From positions 32,001 to 96,000 of the forward strand of contig JANMPT010000025.1 in the NCBI GenBank assembly GCA_031370005.1: DNA of 64,000 bases, read 5' to 3'. A model generated the notes under the pieces. That model made no database searches. It was not told where the DNA came from and worked only from the letters and a program-made list of their open reading frames with translations. Shown here piece by piece: positions 56,908-64,000 of the stretch (position 1 is the stretch's first letter; the number at the start of each line of letters is the position of its first letter). Position numbers and translations under genes: made by a program. This DNA comes from Bdellovibrionales bacterium (lineage in GTDB: Bacteria > Bdellovibrionota > Bdellovibrionia > Bdellovibrionales > Bdellovibrionaceae).

Positions 56908-59643
56908 GTGCTTGGGAGAGTTATGGGTTGGTCCAAAATTATTGCCACATATCTTGTGATTGCGCAGTTAGTGCTGGCGCCGGTTTTGAGTCATGCCCAA
57001 GATCTTGAGCTTGAAGGCAATAAGCTCACAAAGACCGGTAAGGAAAACTTCGAAGCCTATGCCAAATACGCAAATGGCCTTGGCTATGACAGCCGTTTGG
57101 ATCTTCCCAACAAGAGAATGCTGCTTATTGATCGCAATACTAAAAAGGTGAGCGTTGAAATCCCCCTTCGTGATGAAAAGTCGCTTTTAGAATACTCGCC
57201 AAAAACATTGAACCAAAAACTAGCAACAGAGTTCATAAAGGTAAGAACGGCAAACGCGGCCGCATGGTCTCACACTGTAAAATCGTTTCCCACCGAAAGC
57301 ACACTGTTCTTTCTTGCTTTAGGAGGGATGGTCGCTGTTCAGCTCTTCACTGATTACGCAAACAATCCTGTTGGAATGAAACAGCATATTGAACATCAAC
57401 TTTCTCCAGTGGGGCAGCTTGGTTTCTTTATGTTTATGTATTCTCAAGGTGTTACGTCCAATGCTTTAAACCTGTGGCTTAAAAATCCAAAACTCAAGAT
57501 GCCTATTGGCATGCTTGGTATGACAGTCGGCCTTGCAGTTCAAACTTATTTCTCTCAGGTGGTTTCAGATCCTCATATCCGTAATTGCGCAGCTTCTGTT
57601 TTTAAAGGAGAAAAAATTGCGGGCAATGATCATCCATGTGAGGGAGCTTACAAATACTTTGTTCTTGATAAAAAAATTCTTGAGGGCCCTGGAGTTGCCT
57701 CACTTCTCGGCGCTTTTCTTATCACGACAGGCGCACGCATTGCCGTAGGGTCAGTTTTGAGACTTGTTGGATTTGAAATTGGAATGTGGATAGTTCCTGG
57801 CGGCATGGTCATGCGCTTTGGTCGCCTTCTCGTAAATGCAACCAACATTGCGGCCTTCACTCTTATTCAAATGAAATTAGAACACTATGTCTCCTATGCT
57901 TGGAAGAACTACTTTGATGGCAAGAAGTTCATAGAATTCAATGACGCTCTTGTTGCCAACATTGAAAATCAAAAAAAATCCGCCTGGCAGTCTGAGACCA
58001 AAGACTTTAATAAAGATATTCAAAATTTCTCTAAAAAAATGAGTGAATGGCGCGTGAATAATCTTTCCGAAGCCTATGCAGCTAATCAGGCCTGGTCAGA
58101 ATTTTTGAACAATTTGACCTCAATGTACAGCGCTTCATACAATTTCTATAGCCTGTATCTAGATAGTCTTAACAGCAAAAACTCTCTGATTGACCGTTCG
58201 TATCCCCTTTTTGGAGTCATACCAAAAGGATTAGCCATCGGTCATGAGGATCTTTATTTTTTGCGTCCCGACAGGATTGAACGTTTACAGGTCGAAACAA
58301 CAAACGATGTGGCGGCATGGATTGGACAAAATCTTCAAAGTGGCTACTACGAAAATTTAGGTTTTATTAAATATCAAATGGACATCATCGCTAAAATCCA
58401 AGCAGGACTTGCAAGCGAAAATATTCAAACCAAAGGCTCGGCCATTTTAGAGCTCAATGCCGCCATTACAAAAAGCTCCATGTCGTCCGTCGGCCCTATG
58501 GGTCTGAGTAGCGAGCTTCGTAAGATCTATTCTATGCTTGGCACACCGAATCCGATCTATGAAGTGGGCCGCGGCTTTGGCGAGAGCATGTTACTTTCTC
58601 CAAATACAATGTCTGCATTTAAAGATCTGACATTTGAAAAACACAACGGCCGCTTTAATACTCCAAATATAACTGATTACTTTGTAATTCAAATGATGTG
58701 CGGGCCCGATACATCTAAGGGAGAAAAGGTCATTAGTATTGCAAAAGGATATCCTGCAAAGTTCAACGCTCCGACAGTGACTTTACCTGATGAGGCCAAA
58801 GAAAGTCTTTGTTATGGCGCTGCAAGCGAAGCCCTCAGCAACAAGCGTATTTATAATCTGCCATTTTCAAAGTATCGTACGGTTCCTGAATTTCTCAGAG
58901 CTAATATGAATCCAGAGGTATCACAGAACTTTATAGCATGGTGGGAAAAAGGCACAGAGTCTCAGATGAGAGAGGCCTTTAAGGGGTTTTCCTCTCTTTA
59001 CAAGAGTATTATTAATAAACTTTACGCTGGTTTGAATCAAACGAACAATAGCAGATGGAATCGCGGATTTATTTCCAACGGAGCTTTGGTGGCAGCTTTT
59101 CAAGAAATCAGACTTTATTCTCTGATTCTGGGAGAGATGCTTAAGGACTCATATAAAGAACAAAACAAGAAAAGCCTTCCTTCGGAGTATTACAGCGCGC
59201 AGTTAGATCCCAAAATTACCATATCTGCTGCTGACTATATGATGAGCAAAAAACCTCTTCTAGGACTTCTAGCTCGAGGCAGCCGTTATGATTTCAATAC
59301 TCTTGTGGGGTCTTTGCCTAATGCAGACGTGCATAGCTTAAAGGTTCAAAATGATCTTGAGCTTTCCTTTGTCCAAATGAATAACTTAATACAAAAAGCA
59401 GGCGCTCGTGGCGTAAAGGCGGAAGAGTTTCAAAATCAAATGAAAGCCATTGAAGCTCAACTGAGCCAGTTTAGTTTATTGTTAGGTGTTAGTAAGGGCG
59501 GCCCAAGGCCAGGGTTAGTAACTTTGGGCATAGATCAAAAGGCACTTGCAGTTACATGTTTGGAACTTCTGCAGTCAGTAAGTCAGGAGCTAGCAATGTA
59601 TGGAAATATGGCGGGGACAGCCCGCTATCAAGATGGAAATTAG
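56908..59643 (+). CDS. Large exported hypothetical protein with an internal cluster of hydrophobic helices
   Basis: 911-aa ORF, signal peptide (SHA|Q), several Gly-rich hydrophobic helices at roughly aa 130-330. Confidence 0.75.
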   Translation: MLGRVMGWSKIIATYLVIAQLVLAPVLSHAQDLELEGNKLTKTGKENFEAYAKYANGLGYDSRLDLPNKRMLLIDRNTKKVSVEIPLRDEKSLLEYSPKTLNQKLATEFIKVRTANAAAWSHTVKSFPTESTLFFLALGGMVAVQLFTDYANNPVGMKQHIEHQLSPVGQLGFFMFMYSQGVTSNALNLWLKNPKLKMPIGMLGMTVGLAVQTYFSQVVSDPHIRNCAASVFKGEKIAGNDHPCEGAYKYFVLDKKILEGPGVASLLGAFLITTGARIAVGSVLRLVGFEIGMWIVPGGMVMRFGRLLVNATNIAAFTLIQMKLEHYVSYAWKNYFDGKKFIEFNDALVANIENQKKSAWQSETKDFNKDIQNFSKKMSEWRVNNLSEAYAANQAWSEFLNNLTSMYSASYNFYSLYLDSLNSKNSLIDRSYPLFGVIPKGLAIGHEDLYFLRPDRIERLQVETTNDVAAWIGQNLQSGYYENLGFIKYQMDIIAKIQAGLASENIQTKGSAILELNAAITKSSMSSVGPMGLSSELRKIYSMLGTPNPIYEVGRGFGESMLLSPNTMSAFKDLTFEKHNGRFNTPNITDYFVIQMMCGPDTSKGEKVISIAKGYPAKFNAPTVTLPDEAKESLCYGAASEALSNKRIYNLPFSKYRTVPEFLRANMNPEVSQNFIAWWEKGTESQMREAFKGFSSLYKSIINKLYAGLNQTNNSRWNRGFISNGALVAAFQEIRLYSLILGEMLKDSYKEQNKKSLPSEYYSAQLDPKITISAADYMMSKKPLLGLLARGSRYDFNTLVGSLPNADVHSLKVQNDLELSFVQMNNLIQKAGARGVKAEEFQNQMKAIEAQLSQFSLLLGVSKGGPRPGLVTLGIDQKALAVTCLELLQSVSQELAMYGNMAGTARYQDGN

Positions 59644-59695
59644 TTATGAATAATTCGCTAATGTATAAAGATTGCAAAAACAAAGGAGCTCTCAA

Positions 59696-60376
59696 ATGAA
59701 AAAACAGTTTATCATAGGAATGGTGTTTATTACTGGCGGGTTCTCTTTCTCTGCCCATGCCGGTGGTTTAGGCGGCGCGCGGTCAGTTAGAGAAGTTTTA
59801 ACTGACTATGTAAAAGACATCCAAAAATACACTGCTGAAAGAATATCCGCTGCCGATAAAAATGGATCTGGCCAAAGGCTTAAAGCCGATGATATTTTAC
59901 TGGCGAATCTTAAGCTTTCGCCGGGTGAAAAAACATCGATTAAAACAGTTATTGCAAGCGCGCATGACAAAAAAGCAATGACGAACAGTTTAGCGACAAT
60001 TCTAGCTGCTAAAAATATGGCTGCTGGTAAAACAGACGCCGAATCTGTTTCAATCAATAATGCAGCAGATGCATCTTTGAAATTAATTGCAAATGCTCCG
60101 TTGATTGGCGAAAGAAATTCTTCAACTTTTTTGAGTGTCGCCGAATTGAAAGACACTCGTGAGGCTCTAACTAAATTAGTAGCGATGCCGGAAAAATTTA
60201 TCGTCTTTGAGGCTAAAGAGCGCGACTCCTATACTAAGGCAATCGTAAAGTCTGATGAGAAAAGCGTAGGAGCGGAAAGCTTTGAAGAGGCATTTGTAAA
60301 AGCAATCATGGAGTCTCAAGGTGTTTCTAAAGTAAAAGCCTTGGAAATCGTTCGCAAGCTTAAGGACTGTGTATAG
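59696..60376 (+). CDS. Secreted helical hypothetical protein
   Basis: AGGAG RBS, signal peptide (AHA|G), Ala/Lys-rich, terminal Cys. Confidence 0.75.
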   Translation: MKKQFIIGMVFITGGFSFSAHAGGLGGARSVREVLTDYVKDIQKYTAERISAADKNGSGQRLKADDILLANLKLSPGEKTSIKTVIASAHDKKAMTNSLATILAAKNMAAGKTDAESVSINNAADASLKLIANAPLIGERNSSTFLSVAELKDTREALTKLVAMPEKFIVFEAKERDSYTKAIVKSDEKSVGAESFEEAFVKAIMESQGVSKVKALEIVRKLKDCV

Positions 60377-60378
60377 TT

Positions 60379-61122
60379 TTATTTTGCATTGTCAGCAGCG
60401 ATGAGGATTTCTATGCGGCGATTTTTTGCGCGATTCTCTGGAGTGTCGTTTGGCGCAATGGGCTTTTGGTCGGCATAGGAAATTGCCGCTAGTCTTTTGG
60501 GATCTATGTTTTGGTATTTGATTAAATAACGTACAACGCTTGTAGCACGGAGGCTAGCGAGCTCCCAGTTGCTGGCTACCGTTTGTGACTTGATCGGCTG
60601 ATTATCCGTGTGGCCCTCGATGATAATTTTTCTATTTGTCTGGCTGAGCAACTCGCCGATTTGATTTAAAACCTTTAATGAAGCGCGCTTCATTTTATAC
60701 TCACCCTCCGGGAAAACCGAAGAAGCCGCGAGAGAAACGTGAACACCAACTGTATCGTGGCGAACTTCTAAGTTGAGCTCGTTTTTTGTCGTAGCATCCA
60801 TCTGCTTACTTAAATAACGCGAGACATAGTCTGCCACCTCTGCTTTGCTTCCTTTTTGAGGAAAGCTTTCTGGTCCACCGTCTTTACCTTGAATATATTC
60901 TGCGATGATTTCACCTGCATTTGGGGCAGCACTGACGGGCTTCTCGGCGGCACCTAACTTGAGATTGACTCTGACGGAGTTCTCAAACTCTTTTTGTTTG
61001 TCGATATTATTTGTCGAAGTTGCATACATAACCACAAAAAAAGCAAAAAGCAGAGTGATAAAGTCAGCATAAGAGACCAGCCATCTTTCATGATTTTCAT
61101 GCTCTTCACGAGACCTCCTCAT
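60379..61122 (-). CDS. motB: Flagellar stator MotB
   Basis: WLVSYADFITLLFAFFV; OmpA-like GHTD, NWELASLRA, NRRIEI. Confidence 0.95.
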   Translation of the reverse strand: MRRSREEHENHERWLVSYADFITLLFAFFVVMYATSTNNIDKQKEFENSVRVNLKLGAAEKPVSAAPNAGEIIAEYIQGKDGGPESFPQKGSKAEVADYVSRYLSKQMDATTKNELNLEVRHDTVGVHVSLAASSVFPEGEYKMKRASLKVLNQIGELLSQTNRKIIIEGHTDNQPIKSQTVASNWELASLRATSVVRYLIKYQNIDPKRLAAISYADQKPIAPNDTPENRAKNRRIEILIAADNAK

Positions 61123-61877
61123 TCTGCCAACTTTAGCTCGTGGGATAAAGCTCTGAGCTTTTGATCGATAAGAATTGTGCTTAAAGAAGATGTGATAAGT
61201 AAGCCTCCTTCAAGCAAAGTTCTTTTTTCTTTCATTCTGAAAGCAATTTTCTTTTTAATTTTATTCGCAAGCGGAATAAATACCAGATTGGCAAAGCCCA
61301 CACCATATATAGTCGCCACAAAGGCCACGGCAATCCCTGCGCCGAGTTTGCTTGTATCAGAAAGATTGCCCATAACATGAATTAAGCCCAGAACAGCGCC
61401 AAGGATTCCAATTGTCGGGGAGAAGCCGCCGGCGTCACTCCAAATTTTCGCGGCGGATAGAAGCTCATCTTCTTCGGCGTTTAGTTTGTTTTCAAAGATT
61501 TCTTTGATACTTGCCGGATCTGTACCGTCCACGACAGCGCGAAGCATTTCTTTTATAAATGGATCTGATGCCTTAGGGATTTTCGCTTCGAGCGCCATCA
61601 GACTTTCCTTGCGAACAGTCCTGGCATAGTCCACCATCTCATTAATTTTGTAGTCGATGTCGCTTTCTTTTTCTTTGAATGCATGACTGGCTAATTCAAA
61701 GCCAATTTTGATGTCTCTAGAGCTGTTTGAAACCATTACGGCGCCAAGTGTTCCAGTAATAACAATTATTGCGGCGGTCCCCTGAATCAATGAACCAAAC
61801 TGTCCACCATCTAAGGTATTCGCCAAAAGAATTCCACCAACACCAATAAGCAATCCGAACCAAGTCGCTTTATCCAT
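61119..61877 (-). CDS. motA: Flagellar stator MotA
   Basis: PTIGILGAVLGLI, IAVAFVATIYG, PLANK. Confidence 0.95.
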   Translation of the reverse strand: MDKATWFGLLIGVGGILLANTLDGGQFGSLIQGTAAIIVITGTLGAVMVSNSSRDIKIGFELASHAFKEKESDIDYKINEMVDYARTVRKESLMALEAKIPKASDPFIKEMLRAVVDGTDPASIKEIFENKLNAEEDELLSAAKIWSDAGGFSPTIGILGAVLGLIHVMGNLSDTSKLGAGIAVAFVATIYGVGFANLVFIPLANKIKKKIAFRMKEKRTLLEGGLLITSSLSTILIDQKLRALSHELKLAE

Positions 61878-61969
61878 AGTTCTTAATATGGTGCCATAGG
61901 GGCCCAGGAATGACACGGACCCCGCTTTGTTCCTAGACTTTCTTAAGAGGTGAATTTATTTTAGAAAAT

Positions 61970-62542
61970 ATGGATTTTTTATATGAGCTAGACAAAAGCC
62001 TTCTTTTAAAAATTAACCGTGAGTGGACGGCTCCCTGGGCGGATGCATTTTTTCCGGCCATTACCGATCTTCACAAGAGCCCGTGGTTTTTTGTGTGTCT
62101 TGTTCCTTTGATTCTCGGTCTTTTTATCTGGAAATATAAAAAGTCAGGAGTCGCCCTTTTTGTTGTGTTACTGCTGGCGCTGGGAAGCTCCGACTTGATC
62201 GGCAATCAACTTTTTAAAAAAACAGTGGCACGCGCCCGTCCTGGCGACACAACACTCAGCACGGTACTGATTATTCGCTCACCTTATGGGGGCTATAGCT
62301 TTACCTCGAATCATGCAGCAAATATGTTTTGCCTAGCAAAATACATGAGCGAGTTCATTCCTCAAGCCACGTTGATAGTATATTCTGCCGCTATCTTAGT
62401 CTCCTATAGCAGAGTGTATAATGGAGTCCATTATCCTTCAGATGTTTTTGGCGGAGGACTGCTTGGTTGGCTTGTTGGATGGATGTATAGTATTCTCGGC
62501 AAAGAAGTCTACAACAGATTGAGAAAAAGAGTTACATTATGA
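61970..62542 (+). CDS. PAP2-family phosphatase
   Basis: KKTVARARP, SFTSNH, SRVYNGVHYPSDV. Confidence 0.93.
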   Translation: MDFLYELDKSLLLKINREWTAPWADAFFPAITDLHKSPWFFVCLVPLILGLFIWKYKKSGVALFVVLLLALGSSDLIGNQLFKKTVARARPGDTTLSTVLIIRSPYGGYSFTSNHAANMFCLAKYMSEFIPQATLIVYSAAILVSYSRVYNGVHYPSDVFGGGLLGWLVGWMYSILGKEVYNRLRKRVTL

Positions 62543-63528
62543 AAGTTTTGGTCACAGGAGCAAATGGTTTTTTAGGGAGCTGGCTCACTCGGGCCCTGGT
62601 CAAGGAAGGTCATGAGGTTTTTGCTTTAGTACGTGCACAAAGCGATTTGTCCGAACTTGAGGGTGTCCCTTGCAATTATGTTTATGGTGATATTACGGAC
62701 CTTGAGAGTCTTTATAAATCTTTTGCTGAAATCGATACTGTATTTCATCTCGCGGGGCTCATAGCGTATAAGAAAAAAGATCGTACTGAAATGGAAAAGA
62801 TTAATGTCTTTGGTACTGAGAACGTAATTGAGGCATGTTTAACAAAAAAAATCAGAAAGCTTGTCTATGTTTCTTCAGTTGTGGCGGTTGGCGCTGGTTT
62901 TAATTCTCAGCAGATTCTCAACGAAGACTCGCACTATAATGTTGCGCATTTGAATCTAGGCTATTTTGAAACCAAAAGATCCGCGGAGGGACTTGTTGTC
63001 GACGCGTATAAGAACAAAAATCTGGACTGTGTCATTATTAATCCAAGTACGATATATGGCGAAGGCGATGCTAAAAAAAGCAGCCGCAAAACTCAAGTCA
63101 AAGTCGCTCAGGGGCATTTCAATTTTTATACCTGTGGTGGAGTTAGCGTTGTTTCTGTCGAAGATGTTGTGAGCGCCATTATCACTGCCTGGAAGAGCGG
63201 ACGCAGCGGTGAACGCTACATTTTATCCGGTGAGAATCTTACTATCAAAGATCTTTTTAAATTGATCGCTGAAGAGGCAGGTGCGCGCCCACCGCAGTAC
63301 AAGATTCCAAACTGGGTCCTGTTCGTGCTGGGACGTACTGGCGACTTAATGGAGGCTCTAGGCATGAAGGGCTCGCTCAGTACAGAGAATGCCTGGACGG
63401 CAACCTTATATCATTGGTTTGATAATAGTAAGGCACAAAAAGAGCTAGGATTTAAGCCCCGTCCTGCTCGCGAAGCGATTCGAAGTAGTGTATCGTGGAT
63501 GAAAAAAAATGGGTTACTGAGTTCATAA
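62539..63528 (+). CDS. NAD-dependent epimerase/dehydratase (dihydroflavonol-reductase-like SDR)
   Basis: TGANGFLG, FHLAG, YFETK. Confidence 0.92.
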   Translation: MKVLVTGANGFLGSWLTRALVKEGHEVFALVRAQSDLSELEGVPCNYVYGDITDLESLYKSFAEIDTVFHLAGLIAYKKKDRTEMEKINVFGTENVIEACLTKKIRKLVYVSSVVAVGAGFNSQQILNEDSHYNVAHLNLGYFETKRSAEGLVVDAYKNKNLDCVIINPSTIYGEGDAKKSSRKTQVKVAQGHFNFYTCGGVSVVSVEDVVSAIITAWKSGRSGERYILSGENLTIKDLFKLIAEEAGARPPQYKIPNWVLFVLGRTGDLMEALGMKGSLSTENAWTATLYHWFDNSKAQKELGFKPRPAREAIRSSVSWMKKNGLLSS

Positions 63529-64000
63529 TGACAAAACTGTTTAAAATTTCAGGAGTCATCAGTCTATTTATTTTAATAAGTGCGGGATCCTTCGCAGGCT
63601 ATGTTTTTTACAAAATTCCATCTGAAAAAAAAATTAAAGGTTGCTTGGTGACGACGATGTATCAGGTACACCTTTGTCCAGGATCCAAAGATTATGCGCC
63701 ACTGAAGTCAATTTCAGCTTATTTGCAAAAAACAGTGGTGCTAACGGAAGACTCGACATTCTTTCAGCACGATGGCTTTGATTGGAGATCTATAGAGGAA
63801 AATGCGAAAAAGAATTTAGAAAAAGGTCAATATGCCAAAGGTGGATCTACAATTTCACAGCAGCTCGCAAAAAATATGTTTTTGTATAGGGATAAAACAC
63901 TGTTTAGGAAGGGCCTTGAGGCTCTGATTACACAAAAAATTGAGAAAACGCTGACAAAAAATGAAATACTAGAGCGGTACTTAAATGTGGTTGAGTTCGG
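63528..64000 (+). CDS. mtgA: Monofunctional peptidoglycan glycosyltransferase, partial (runs off the window; not in the ORF track)
   Basis: TAATG coupling; my translation gives EDSTFFQHDGFD, GGSTISQQLAKN, RKGLE and ILERYLNVVEF. Confidence 0.88.
   Translation, partial: MTKLFKISGVISLFILISAGSFAGYVFYKIPSEKKIKGCLVTTMYQVHLCPGSKDYAPLKSISAYLQKTVVLTEDSTFFQHDGFDWRSIEENAKKNLEKGQYAKGGSTISQQLAKNMFLYRDKTLFRKGLEALITQKIEKTLTKNEILERYLNVVEF

Noticed and set aside
60379..61877. Orphan motAB pair as a novel motor or defence (Zorya-like) system
   Set aside because: The sequences are typical flagellar MotA/MotB without the long ZorA tail, and multiple dispersed motAB pairs are known in Bdellovibrio.

Overview
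This window looks like chromosomal DNA of a Bdellovibrio-like predatory bacterium (Bdellovibrionota). The evidence is a YD-repeat gene followed by a 103-aa homologue of the hit protein Bd0108 (GEDPN motif), then cheY-like, groEL/groES, Suf, tolQRAB-glnE, motAB and many secreted hypothetical proteins. The main accessory feature is an ~18 kb block (about 5240-23460) between an outer-membrane protein gene and groEL, made of two convergent operons. The + operon encodes three type IV minor-pilin-like proteins, a Ca-binding secreted protein, an HTTM/PQQ-propeller fusion, a double rhodanese, a degenerate SGNH-like protein and a cupin. The - operon encodes an MBOAT, a chorismate mutase, a CmoB-like/CmoA-like fusion, two glutaminase-less asparagine-synthetase-like PP-loop enzymes each with a paralogous helical partner, and a carrier protein. 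I interpret this as a candidate undescribed carboxy-SAM-dependent, Dlt-like surface or pilus modification system. Other notable items are a protein-glutaminase whose propeptide appears to be encoded as a separate downstream gene, an OvoA ovothiol synthase, a RAYT/IS200-like HUH gene beside hit, and a perfect 24-bp-arm palindrome that supplies a gene's stop codon. No rRNA, tRNA or CRISPR array was seen. All family calls come from motif reading and remembered reference sequences; no database search was run.
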